18,499 nt of DNA from a virus (Duplodnaviria > Heunggongvirae > Uroviricota > Caudoviricetes): the IMG/VR virus record IMGVR_UViG_2778261447_000005, positions 1 through 18,499 of that record; one strand, written 5' to 3'. The position numbers and the translations under genes were made by a program. Position 1 is the first letter of the stretch. The number at the start of each line of letters is the position of its first letter. The notes under the pieces were generated by a model. That model saw only the letters and a program-made list of their open reading frames with translations, ran no database searches and was not told the DNA's origin. Shown piece after piece: positions 1-8,251 of this stretch.

Positions 1-665
1 CCTGTTATCTGATTCCACGGGTGGGTGTGGCTGGCGGGTGCTTTACCGGCTGCAAGGTCATATGCAGCCTTGACGGCCTTCGGTGTGGCGGCCAGTGTTT
101 CAGAGGTGCTGTTTGTGGCGCTGCTCAGTTGGGTGAATCCTTTTTCTGTCAGTGTCGCGTCAGGGTGGTTACGGGAACGTGCGTGTTCCGCTATTTTCTC
201 ATCAATGTAGTCCGTGGTCGGCAGAATTGTTGTTGTGTCCATGACCAGTTCCACCACGGCGTCGGAGGTGACGGTGATTACTGCACGGAATATCTGCGCC
301 CGCCCTGAACCTTCCTCTCTGGTGGGCTTGTAACTTTCAGCGGTATTTCCTACTGCAATCATTGTACCTGTATCATCAAACACACCAATTTCACGCACCC
401 AGAATCCGCCGGTTTCAGGAGGAATGACCAGTTCGGCGATGAGGCGGTTCGGGTTCTCCGGGTCGGTGAAGACGCGGTTGACAGACTGGCGCCAGACCTC
501 ATTGTAAAGCGATGTCTGGTTTTTCTGCGGCTGACGAAGCTCTCCATTGCCGTCCCCTACAGCCATGTGCGTAAGGCGTACAGGTCTACCGCCAGGCGCC
601 GTTGTTGCGGCCAGCTTTGCCAGCCCGATGTCGGTGATAAGGGTTCTGAATTTTCTCGTGCTCAT
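1..665 (-). CDS. H: Tail fibre protein, P2 gpH-like; N-terminal ~221 codons only, gene continues past window start
   Basis: Manual minus-strand translation from ATG 665..663 gives MSTRKFRTLITDIGLAKLAATTAPGGRPVRLTHMAVGDGNGE, matching the conserved N-terminus of P2-family tail fibres as I recall it. The frame has no complete minus ORF in the track, consistent with an open frame running off the edge. Lies directly after gpI as in P2. Confidence 0.8.
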   Translation of the reverse strand, partial: MSTRKFRTLITDIGLAKLAATTAPGGRPVRLTHMAVGDGNGELRQPQKNQTSLYNEVWRQSVNRVFTDPENPNRLIAELVIPPETGGFWVREIGVFDDTGTMIAVGNTAESYKPTREEGSGRAQIFRAVITVTSDAVVELVMDTTTILPTTDYIDEKIAEHARSRNHPDATLTEKGFTQLSSATNSTSETLAATPKAVKAAYDLAAGKAPASHTHPWNQIT

Positions 666-668
666 GGT

Positions 669-1232
669 TCAGTCTTCCGGGTAAATGGTGATGATGTCGC
701 CGTCGTAACCTGCGGCAGCGGCGTAAATGGCGCCGTGTATTTCCTGGATGATACTAAGCCCCACGAGGTGGCGGCTGACGGGGCGCGCATCGGCAATCAG
801 ACGCTCCATTTCTTCATGCACCTCTTCACTTACTCCGGTTTCAAGTGTGCCAATCTCAATGGTGAAGGTCCCGGGCGAGCCGTCAAACTCCCACCATTCT
901 GATACACGGATGAGGTAGCCCAGTGGTTCAACGATGCGGCGGAGTGCACTGATGGTCCCTTTGTGGCGATGTATCATCCATGCGTCCCGAATCACCTGTC
1001 GCCTGGTCTCTTCCGGCCAGTTGCGGTCCCAGCTGTCAACGGAACATGCCCATGCAAGGTAGGGCAGGAGGTGAGCAGGGCAGCGGTCCGGCGACCACAG
1101 GGTGTCGGCGTCCACCGGTATGGTACTGATGCGTACTCCTGTCGCCTCTGTGGCGCGCATGAATGGCCCTGCGGACGGTGGAAGCAGTGATGTACTGTGC
1201 TGTGCGCTGTCTGTTTTTTTCCTGTCACTCAT
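669..1232 (-). CDS. I: Baseplate/tail protein gpI-like
   Basis: ORF 669..1286; conserved motif CPAHLLPYLAWACSVDSW...IRDAWMIHRHKGTISALRRIVEPLGY...MERLIADARPVSRHL resembles P2 gpI. Start chosen at internal ATG 1232 (MSDRKK...), preceded by AAGGAGG; overlaps J stop. Confidence 0.8.
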   Translation of the reverse strand: MSDRKKTDSAQHSTSLLPPSAGPFMRATEATGVRISTIPVDADTLWSPDRCPAHLLPYLAWACSVDSWDRNWPEETRRQVIRDAWMIHRHKGTISALRRIVEPLGYLIRVSEWWEFDGSPGTFTIEIGTLETGVSEEVHEEMERLIADARPVSRHLVGLSIIQEIHGAIYAAAAGYDGDIITIYPED

Positions 1233-2121
1233 TGCGTCCTCCTTCGCTGATGCTGAATGTGGTACATCTGGCTGCCTGAGTGTCACTGATGGTGATGTTC
1301 TGCGTGGGTTTTATGACCTCAACGCGCTGGACACCGTGAACATGCAGCGCTGCAGTGATGGCTGACAGGGCCACGTCCTGACCGATACGGCCCTGGTCTG
1401 CCAGCCATGCACGGAAAGCGGCGTCAGCGGCCGCAAGCATGGGTTCAGACTCCGGCCCTGGATAAAAATACAGCTTCGCTTCCATTTCCCAGTTCACGAT
1501 GGTAGCACTCTGCACAGTCAGGCGGTCGGCAACCGGGCGCACGTTCTCGGCATTCAGGGCGGTGCGCACCGTGTTCAGTAACGCCTCACCGGCGGTGCCG
1601 TCACCGTCTGCTGACAGGATGGAGACGGTGACTGTGGCCGGTGACGGGCTGATGGCGCGCGCATCACGGACAAGACCGCTTGCGCTCCGGGCAAAATACT
1701 CATACGCGCCGGACGGTCCGGCCACACTCAGGCCGTCCCAGGCTGACTGGGCACGCAGACGCAGCGATGTGTCGCTTTCCATCACTGCTTCCGTGGTATC
1801 AGTGGCCGGATGAATGACCAGGCGGTGGGTGTTGTTGTTGGCGGCCAGATTGTCCAGGTCACTGCCCCGGCTGTGGCTGAGCATGCAGGCGCGGGCGGCT
1901 TCATTGATGCGCTGGCGAAGCAGCATTTCACGAAAAGCCATGGCCTGGGAAATGATGTTCAATGGCTCGGATTCCAGAGTAAGGGCACGGGTGACGGCGG
2001 CGCGGTATTCTTCCGGGAAGGAGCTCACCATCATGGTTTTAATGTCTGCCAGGATGGACTCAAAATCCGGCTGCGCGATGATGGCCGGTTCCGGTAACTG
2101 TGACAGGTCAACGGAAGGCAT
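1225..2121 (-). CDS. J: Baseplate assembly protein gpJ-like
   Basis: 298 aa; MPSVDLSQLPEPAIIAQPDFESILA...TLESEPL...VRPVADRLTVQSA...LHVHGVQRVE strongly resembles P2 gpJ; position between W and I. Confidence 0.9.
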   Translation of the reverse strand: MPSVDLSQLPEPAIIAQPDFESILADIKTMMVSSFPEEYRAAVTRALTLESEPLNIISQAMAFREMLLRQRINEAARACMLSHSRGSDLDNLAANNNTHRLVIHPATDTTEAVMESDTSLRLRAQSAWDGLSVAGPSGAYEYFARSASGLVRDARAISPSPATVTVSILSADGDGTAGEALLNTVRTALNAENVRPVADRLTVQSATIVNWEMEAKLYFYPGPESEPMLAAADAAFRAWLADQGRIGQDVALSAITAALHVHGVQRVEVIKPTQNITISDTQAARCTTFSISEGGRNE

Positions 2122-2124
2122 GAT

Positions 2125-2475
2125 TTACTCCCTCAGGGTGATACTGAATGTGATGTTCTGCATGGTTTCGGTGATGATGCCGGATAACGTCACCACGGCG
2201 CGTCCGCCAGCCCGCCAGTTCACATCGACGTTCTGCAGTGCTATACGGGGTTCATGGCGCGCCAGCGCAGTCACCGTGGCGCTCATGCACTGTAAACGCG
2301 TGGTGTCGTTCATGGGCTCGTCGATGAGGTCCGGTAACAGGCTGCCGTATTCGCGGCGCATCACCCGGCTGCCTGGCGGTGTGGTCAGGATATCCCGCAC
2401 GCTGTTTTTCAGGTGTTCGCTGTCGCTCAGCGTGCCGGTTCCCTGCGGGTTCATCCCCCTGTAAACAGCGGTCAT
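2125..2475 (-). CDS. W: Baseplate protein gpW-like
   Basis: Internal start of ORF 2125..2640 at ATG 2475 (MTAVYRGMNPQG...GSRVMRREYGSLLPDLIDEP), ~116 aa, GGGAGG RBS; ATGA overlap with V stop; resembles P2 gpW. Confidence 0.85.
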   Translation of the reverse strand: MTAVYRGMNPQGTGTLSDSEHLKNSVRDILTTPPGSRVMRREYGSLLPDLIDEPMNDTTRLQCMSATVTALARHEPRIALQNVDVNWRAGGRAVVTLSGIITETMQNITFSITLRE

Positions 2476-3053
2476 TGCGGGCCTCCCGTGGTGCCCGGGC
2501 CCGTCCTGACGCCACCGTGGGTGTGCGTATGAACGGTGATACCGTTGGATGTCAGGCTGCCGCCGCTGTGGGATATGCTGCCGCGCATCTCGCCGCCGTT
2601 CTGCACCTCCAGGGTGGCGGTGATAAGTTTGCGGGTACACACCACCTCCGGCGTGTCCAGGGTGATGCGCGTGTCGGCCTGAATGCTGGCTGTTTTAATC
2701 CCCTTAACCTCCAGTGCACCGGCGTCTGCATCGTAGCGGAATACCGCACCGTCCGGTGCTGTCATGATGATTTCCTTCAGTGTGCTGCCCGGTGCCGGGA
2801 TATCATCGCTCCAGAGGCTGCCGATGATTATCGCGGTTTCGGGATTACCACCGATACAGACGAACGCCACCTGTTCACCGGTGGCTGGCGGCACCCAGAC
2901 ACTGAACGCGCCCGCCCGCGCGGTGCTCCAGCGAAGCCACCCTGTCTCCAGTCCGCCACTGCGCACCCGGACCTCCCAGGTCTGCGGGTTCACGTCGAAA
3001 ATCACGCCGGTTCTGATAATGTTGCTGATAAGGCGCATAAGCTCCGCGTTCAT
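2472..3053 (-). CDS. V: Baseplate spike/assembly protein gpV-like
   Basis: 193 aa; TRITLDTPEVVCTRKLITATLEVQNGGEMRGSISHSGGSLTSNGITVHTHTHGG matches the gpV family C-terminus; start overlaps S stop. Confidence 0.9.
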   Translation of the reverse strand: MNAELMRLISNIIRTGVIFDVNPQTWEVRVRSGGLETGWLRWSTARAGAFSVWVPPATGEQVAFVCIGGNPETAIIIGSLWSDDIPAPGSTLKEIIMTAPDGAVFRYDADAGALEVKGIKTASIQADTRITLDTPEVVCTRKLITATLEVQNGGEMRGSISHSGGSLTSNGITVHTHTHGGVRTGPGTTGGPQ

Positions 3054-3691
3054 GATGATATTTCTCCCGCAATGCGGTTCAGTAGCCTGTCGGCAATCAG
3101 CCGTTCATCTGCCGGTGTTATTCCAAGAAGTTCACGGGCCGGATAATCCGTATACACCCCTGCGGCCACCCGGTCGCGCTCCCCGAACTGGTGAACGCGG
3201 GCAATGCGTGCCGCCACGCCGTCATAACCGACGGTCAGACCGCCCGCATCGCCTCTGGCTTTCAGGTAGCGTGCCGTGCGCAGCTTCGCAAACATCGGTA
3301 CGGTCTTTGTGGCGTTGCGGCTGATGCGGCGGGTGCTGATTTCAAGATAACGGGTGATATCCTCCCGGTAGAAGGTGCGCAGGCCTCCCTTATCCTCATC
3401 CCAGCCGGTGATGGTGCGTCCGTGTCTGCTCACGTCGTGATGCCAGTTTTTCAGCGTGCGGGTTTCGTTGTTCCGGATGAAGCGGATACGCTGCTGCAGG
3501 CGGCTGATGCGCCGTCTGCGCGGCTCCCACTGTGTACCGTCCGGCGCTTTCTGTGCGCGCATACGCTGTTGCTGGCTGCGGCGAAGCTCTCTGGCAAGCT
3601 GTCCGGCAATGCGGCTCAGTGCCTGCGGGGAAAGTCCGCTGCTGATGGTCCGCATTGTGCGGTCCAGTTCAGTGAAAGCCCTGTCAGTCAC
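3050..3691 (-). CDS. S: Tail completion / virion morphogenesis protein gpS-like
   Basis: 213 aa ORF, Arg-rich, in P2 S position between R and V. The start at 3691 appears to be GTG with GGGAGG upstream; an alternative ATG lies at 3655. Confidence 0.7.
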   Translation of the reverse strand: MTDRAFTELDRTMRTISSGLSPQALSRIAGQLARELRRSQQQRMRAQKAPDGTQWEPRRRRISRLQQRIRFIRNNETRTLKNWHHDVSRHGRTITGWDEDKGGLRTFYREDITRYLEISTRRISRNATKTVPMFAKLRTARYLKARGDAGGLTVGYDGVAARIARVHQFGERDRVAAGVYTDYPARELLGITPADERLIADRLLNRIAGEISS

Positions 3692-4148
3692 CGGTCACCT
3701 CCCACGTCACATCCTCCAGAATGTGCGACCAGTCGCCGTCCTGCGGGATGCGCGATTTCGGCTCCGGCAGATGTTCCGTTGTGAGGGTGCCGTCATCCCT
3801 GCGGGTGACGCGCACGCGTTCACGTAACGGCAGCTCAAACAGCACGTCCGCGCTGTCGTCGTCGTTAATGGCCGCCGTGAACTGAATATCGTTGTTGCGC
3901 TCAGGATTAAGCAGCAACTGCGGCTGGTTCTCTGCCAGCCAGACAATCAGTGGAAGCGTCAGGTTGTCCAGATCGCCCGTGTAGTCCATCACGAACATCA
4001 CCAGCCGGTAGTTGTACACGAACGTCGGCGTCTCGCCGGTGGTCTCTATCCCGCCACGTTCAATGAACACGGTGAACTTTTCCGGGTTGGCCCTGCACCA
4101 CCGGCACGCTGTACTCATGTGTGTGCTCAGGGATTTACTTTTCAGCAT
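3684..4148 (-). CDS. R: Tail completion protein gpR-like
   Basis: ORF 3684..4232; start chosen at ATG 4148 (MLKSKSL...), ~154 aa, P2 gpR-like length and N-terminus; synteny after lysis genes. Confidence 0.7.
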   Translation of the reverse strand: MLKSKSLSTHMSTACRWCRANPEKFTVFIERGGIETTGETPTFVYNYRLVMFVMDYTGDLDNLTLPLIVWLAENQPQLLLNPERNNDIQFTAAINDDDSADVLFELPLRERVRVTRRDDGTLTTEHLPEPKSRIPQDGDWSHILEDVTWEVTGD

Positions 4149-4449
4149 GCGCCTCTCCGTTCTGTCGGTTGAGTCTCCGGCGCTCCATCGCCTCAATGGC
4201 CCGTTTGTCTGCGTTGCAGGTTTCCAGTGCATCCAGGAGGCTGTCGCTCCATATCCCGATATTTCCCCAGGTGGGGTGTTCAGGGAAGGGCGGGGGCCGT
4301 GTTCCCGTCGTCAGTCCCGCCGGAATGAACCGGAAGGAGGGCGCGGGCAGTGGCGCGTTCCGTGTGTTCGCGCAGCCGGTCAGTAAAACGGTGGTCAGGA
4401 AGAGTGCCGGCGCACTCATCCGTCGCAGCAATTTCGCGAAGCTGTTCAC
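4135..4449 (-). CDS. lysC: Outer-membrane spanin (o-spanin, Rz1/LysC-like lipoprotein), overlapped architecture
   Basis: 104 aa; positive n-region then hydrophobic stretch then lipobox LLTGC, proline-rich mature part with a C-terminal Cys. Starts (GTG at 4449, AGGAAGGAG RBS) inside the i-spanin gene in another frame and extends past its stop. Confidence 0.6.
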   Translation of the reverse strand: MNSFAKLLRRMSAPALFLTTVLLTGCANTRNAPLPAPSFRFIPAGLTTGTRPPPFPEHPTWGNIGIWSDSLLDALETCNADKRAIEAMERRRLNRQNGEAHAEK

Positions 4450-4687
4450 GTCTGACTTCTCCTTCCTGTGCCCTTTTCTGTCGCTGCGTCATCACCTCAT
4501 GCAGTACGGCGGAGGCATCGCTGATAACGGCGGAGGACTCACGCAGCGCCCGGCTGTATTCGCCCAGCTGCTGCTCTGCGGCGTCACGTGCCTCACCGGC
4601 ACGCCCCAGCCGGTATGACTGCCACATGGCCGCCGCCGTCAGGGTGGTCACCATGAGGGCAACAATCACGGCGTAAACCGGTCTCAT
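4280..4687 (-). CDS. lysB: Inner-membrane spanin (i-spanin, Rz/LysB-like)
   Basis: Start at ATG 4687 (MRPVYAVIVALMVTTLTAAAMW...), GGGAGG RBS; single N-terminal TM then charged, coiled-coil-like periplasmic domain; ATGA overlap with endolysin stop. Confidence 0.65.
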   Translation of the reverse strand: MRPVYAVIVALMVTTLTAAAMWQSYRLGRAGEARDAAEQQLGEYSRALRESSAVISDASAVLHEVMTQRQKRAQEGEVRREQLREIAATDECAGTLPDHRFTDRLREHTERATARALLPVHSGGTDDGNTAPALP

Positions 4688-5229
4688 GTGCTGCCTCCCG
4701 TGTCGCGAAGACACCACTGTCTGAACTCCTCCCGGCGGTTAACCAGCCCCTGTGAGCGGCGTCCGCCACTGTTGACAAAATCGGTCAGTCTCCCGCACAT
4801 CGCCACCCAGCGGTGCGCCTGTGCGTGCTTCCAGATGGTGGTGCGCTGCCGGTTGCCGCTCCTGTCCCGGTACCACATCAGGCCGGTACAGCCGACGTTG
4901 AACGCCGCGTCGGTCATCGCCTCAAAGGCGGACTGGGGCATGGCGGCACCGCTGAAGTTCTGGTTGATACAGTTTTCCGCGTGCCGCAGGTCATTCACCC
5001 AGCGGCGGGCCACCTCCTTTTCTCCGTAAACCCGGTTCTCCACGCCCCCTGTTGAACCACATCCCACGGTCATTACTCCTGCAATATCACGGTACGGTGT
5101 CGCCCGGCACTCTTCCCGGGTGGCGATTTTTATCTGTGCTTCCCGTGAGGTTCTCAGTTCACCGGGTGCCATGGAGACGCCCAGCGCCACAATGGCCGCC
5201 ACCGCATAACGTTTTACCGGCAGTTTCAC
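4684..5229 (-). CDS. Endolysin, GH24 (T4-lysozyme-like) with N-terminal SAR/signal-anchor domain
   Basis: 181 aa; hydrophobic Gly/Ala-rich N-terminus (YAVAAIVALGVSMAPG) followed by catalytic E-x8-D-x5-T spacing in EECRATPYRDIAGVMT; C-terminus resembles P21 R21-type SAR endolysins. Start codon appears to be GTG overlapping the holin stop. Confidence 0.85.
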   Translation of the reverse strand: MKLPVKRYAVAAIVALGVSMAPGELRTSREAQIKIATREECRATPYRDIAGVMTVGCGSTGGVENRVYGEKEVARRWVNDLRHAENCINQNFSGAAMPQSAFEAMTDAAFNVGCTGLMWYRDRSGNRQRTTIWKHAQAHRWVAMCGRLTDFVNSGGRRSQGLVNRREEFRQWCLRDTGGST

Positions 5230-5516
5230 CGCTCTTCTCCGTCCTGTCTCACGCTGTCCAGTGCCCGTCTCTCACCGTCGTGAAGCTCGCGGTTTTCTGA
5301 ACGTGCCAGGATGCGGGCGATAAGGTCATTGCGGCGCTTCATTGCCTGCTCCGTACGCCTGCGGTGGCACCAGGCATGGATGGCGGAAAGTGACCCCAGA
5401 AGCAGCCCGGCCAGCGCAATTTTTTCGCTGATGGTCATAACACCAATGGTTGTTGCCGTCACTGACGCCCAGAAGGTGATCCAGTCACTGACGCGCTGAA
5501 AAAATCCCGTCACCAT
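5226..5516 (-). CDS. Holin, two predicted TMDs (class II, pinholin-like topology)
   Basis: 96 aa; two hydrophobic segments (WITFWASVTATTIGVMTI, IALAGLLLGSLSAIHAW) followed by a highly charged C-terminal tail; sits immediately upstream of the endolysin. Confidence 0.75.
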   Translation of the reverse strand: MVTGFFQRVSDWITFWASVTATTIGVMTISEKIALAGLLLGSLSAIHAWCHRRRTEQAMKRRNDLIARILARSENRELHDGERRALDSVRQDGEER

Positions 5517-5707
5517 AGCTTTACCTTTTCGCGTTGCTGTTTCCTTTCCGGCTCCGGCATCTCCACCTCCTGTCCCGCTTCCAGAATTACCTGGCGGCAG
5601 AGCCCTGGATTGGCATCAAGTACCTGTGCGGTCACCCCCTGCGTGGTGCCGTAGTGCCGGAAACAGAGTAAATCGACGGTATCCCCCTGGAGTGCCCTCA
5701 CTTTCAT
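5510..5707 (-). CDS. X: Tail protein gpX-like (LysM-like)
   Basis: Internal start of ORF 5510..5776 at ATG 5707 (MKVRALQGDTVDLLCFRHYGTTQGVTAQVLDANPGL), 66 aa, close to P2 gpX; ATGA overlap with L stop. Confidence 0.8.
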   Translation of the reverse strand: MKVRALQGDTVDLLCFRHYGTTQGVTAQVLDANPGLCRQVILEAGQEVEMPEPERKQQREKVKLW

Positions 5708-6201
5708 CACACCAGCTCCGCAAAAAGACGGGGGCGACCCAGAATATCTGCCACGGACCAGCGCACATCGCGCCATAAGTCTTCCATCTGCTCATCCAGT
5801 GCGTCAGCCCGGCGGTTCCCTTTATCAGTGGTGTCCACATCCCGCCAGCGTTCCAGAATCAGGGCGCGGGTGGCGCTGTAGACGGCGTTGCGGTAATGCC
5901 ATACGTTGACGCTCTCACCGTTGATGGTGGCGGCAGGCACTTCTGCGAGGATGCTGAACCCTGCGGCAGACTGCGCCTTCTGCCACTCTTCCAGCTCCCG
6001 CGTGACGTGAGCCACGGCTCCCGTGGCAACGTGCGCCAGACGTGTGGAGGTGATGCGGCCCGGCAGGCGTACTGCAAGGCGCAGCTCCCGCAGCACAATC
6101 TCCGGCCAGAATGCCCCGGCGGTGATGGTGGCGTCGCCGTCGTCGGTGTCGGGGATATCGTCCCGTGCAGGGGCGGCTTCCGGTCTTGCGACCATGCTCA
6201 T
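5707..6201 (-). CDS. L: Head completion/stabilisation protein gpL-like
   Basis: 164 aa; FWPEIVLRELRLAVRL...INGESVNVWHYRNAVY resembles P2 gpL; AAGGAG RBS; order M-L-X. Confidence 0.85.
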   Translation of the reverse strand: MSMVARPEAAPARDDIPDTDDGDATITAGAFWPEIVLRELRLAVRLPGRITSTRLAHVATGAVAHVTRELEEWQKAQSAAGFSILAEVPAATINGESVNVWHYRNAVYSATRALILERWRDVDTTDKGNRRADALDEQMEDLWRDVRWSVADILGRPRLFAELV

Positions 6202-6304
6202 AAATCGCTCCTTCAGAAAAAAAAGGCGGTGGGTGCCGGGTGTAAGGGGAACGGAAAACCGTAACCGGAACGCCCGGCACGCCGCCTTCTGACGGGGTCA
6301 GCCG

Positions 6305-7081
6305 TTAACCACGTTTCGCCTTCGCTTTCGCCTTCGGCGTCGTGGTCTGTTCTCTGGTTGTATCTTTCTGTGCCGCAGGCTCCTGTGCGGCAGCGGCTTC
6401 ATCCTGTCCGGCCTTTTTCAGGGCCCGTGAAAGCGTGGCAATCTCACGTTTTACCCCCGCATTCGGGTTAAGGTGCATTGCCTCACGGAACAGCTTCAGA
6501 CTCACCGCCATGCTGTCGGCATCGGTCAGGCCACGACGGGCAAAGGCGCATGCCTTGCACAGCTTGGCGCGGACCTCATCGGGCATGTCCCGGTTCGCGA
6601 CAATTTGCCAGAGGGTGTCCAGCGGTTCGATGTAGCCGGACAAATCGGCGTGTGCATCCGTTCCGGCCTGTGTCAGAACAGGGTTGCAGATTTCCTCGGT
6701 CAGTACCGTGGCTGCCGTACGCCCGAAGTTGTCAGGCATCGTGAGGTTGTGGCGAACCACATAATCCCCGATGCGCAGTGCAAGCGCCAGGTCGCCACAG
6801 TCCACGGCCCACACCATGAGTGTGGCTATCACCTCATCCTGCTGTCCGCCGTCGGCTTCCAGCGTGCCGTCTATCCAGCCTGCAAAACCCGGCAGCATTT
6901 CACGCTTGAGCGCGGCCTTTGCCGCTTTTGCCTGGACGCCCTTTATGCGTTGCTGTGCCAGGCGCAGACGGTGAAGGACCTGCTCATGAGCCGTGCGGGC
7001 CACGATATCCTCGTTTTCTGCTGCCGTTCCTGCCCGTAAAGCCATCACGCGCTGGAAATGAGCCTGTGCCGGTGTCAGCAT
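6305..7081 (-). CDS. M: Terminase small (endonuclease) subunit gpM-like
   Basis: 258 aa; MPDEVRAKLCKACAF and a Lys/Ala-rich C-terminal tail as in P2 gpM; follows N. Confidence 0.9.
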   Translation of the reverse strand: MLTPAQAHFQRVMALRAGTAAENEDIVARTAHEQVLHRLRLAQQRIKGVQAKAAKAALKREMLPGFAGWIDGTLEADGGQQDEVIATLMVWAVDCGDLALALRIGDYVVRHNLTMPDNFGRTAATVLTEEICNPVLTQAGTDAHADLSGYIEPLDTLWQIVANRDMPDEVRAKLCKACAFARRGLTDADSMAVSLKLFREAMHLNPNAGVKREIATLSRALKKAGQDEAAAAQEPAAQKDTTREQTTTPKAKAKAKRG

Positions 7082-7083
7082 GG

Positions 7084-8223
7084 TTAATCCTCCTCTTCCC
7101 CTGCATCCCTGTCTTCAGCCTGCGCTGACAGTGCTTTTGTGGCGTCCCGGTACCAGTCCGGCGCGTCATGGTCATATTCGGCAAAGCTGATATTCTCAAT
7201 CAGTGCGCACTTACCATGGTCCTCAACCACATAGCAGTCGTTAACGGACTGATAGATGGCGATACGGTTGTATTCGGGCTCATCCTTCATGAGACGACGC
7301 ATGGACCCCTTCTGCCAGTAAACCGACAGGTTGCTGAATGAGGTGATGAGTCTTGACTGAGCCGGGAAAAATGGCGCAAGGTACACATCAAGGCCGCCAA
7401 TGGTCCGCGTTGACACAATGAGCTGTCCGGCAAGCAGTTCGGCATTCGGATTCTGCATGCTCATACTGTTCAGGACCGGCAGGCGCAGGGAGTTAAAGAG
7501 GTTTCGCCCCATGATGACAACGAGGTCGTCTGCGTCCTTGTGCCATTCGTCAAGCAGGGATGAGCGTGCATCCTGGACCAGTGCATCGGGATTGGCGTAT
7601 CTGCCGGTGTATGCCACCGAATTGTCCATATTGCGCGCAGTCAGCATCACGTCTTTCATGACGCGTTGCGGGGCCTGGTCCCTGATATCCTGCAGCCACC
7701 CCTTATTGATGTCCTCAAGTCGCGGGTGTTTTTTTATATCCGAGACTTCCGCATGGTGCGTACCGTTAAAACCTGTCATGATGCGATCAAGTGCCACCTG
7801 TCTGGCAATCTGGCGACTCACACGCAGCTGGAAGTCAGGGTGTCCGGCCCACATGTCAAGCTGAGGGTAGGAGATGAAGGTGTCGTAGTTCACCTGCTCG
7901 CACTCATAGCGTCGCGCTTTCATGTCCACCACATTCAGCGGGTTACGACGATTTGTGCCGTCATAACTGCTGTTCGTGCGCGCAACCGGCCCGGTGGTGT
8001 CCAGGAGTACCTTTTCACCTTTCTGCTCTGTCACACCAATGCTGTTGACTTTCTGAAGAAAATCATGGCTTTCCTTTGATGCGTTTTCAAATCTCTGCTG
8101 CACTGCCGGTTGTACCGAAAAGCGGGAGGAGAGCGCAGATATCGTGATGTTATTCATCTCTGCCTGTTGTGCCTGGTAAGCAAAAAGCTCGGCCCGCGCG
8201 GCATCGCTCATGATCAGATTCAT
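7084..8223 (-). CDS. N: Major capsid protein gpN-like
   Basis: 379 aa; motifs RRYECEQVNYDTFISYPQLDMWAGHPDFQLRVSRQIA and GFNGTHHAE resemble the P2 gpN family; AGAGGTGA RBS before ATG 8223; between O and M. Confidence 0.85.
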   Translation of the reverse strand: MNLIMSDAARAELFAYQAQQAEMNNITISALSSRFSVQPAVQQRFENASKESHDFLQKVNSIGVTEQKGEKVLLDTTGPVARTNSSYDGTNRRNPLNVVDMKARRYECEQVNYDTFISYPQLDMWAGHPDFQLRVSRQIARQVALDRIMTGFNGTHHAEVSDIKKHPRLEDINKGWLQDIRDQAPQRVMKDVMLTARNMDNSVAYTGRYANPDALVQDARSSLLDEWHKDADDLVVIMGRNLFNSLRLPVLNSMSMQNPNAELLAGQLIVSTRTIGGLDVYLAPFFPAQSRLITSFSNLSVYWQKGSMRRLMKDEPEYNRIAIYQSVNDCYVVEDHGKCALIENISFAEYDHDAPDWYRDATKALSAQAEDRDAGEEED

Positions 8224-8251
8224 CGGTTATCACCTCTTGTGGTTATTTCTG

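Noticed and set aside
21-918. Plus-strand ORFs in the track (21..308, 25..210, 567..902, 727..918) that could be genes
   Set aside because: They lie antisense to the strongly supported tail fibre H and gpI genes, have no RBS, and have Cys/Arg/Gly-rich compositions typical of shadow frames in GC-rich DNA.
2379-3784. Long plus-strand ORFs (2379..3146, 2764..3324, 3191..3784) overlapping V, S and R
   Set aside because: Antisense shadow ORFs of conserved, homology-supported baseplate/tail genes; low-complexity Arg/Ala/Pro-rich products.
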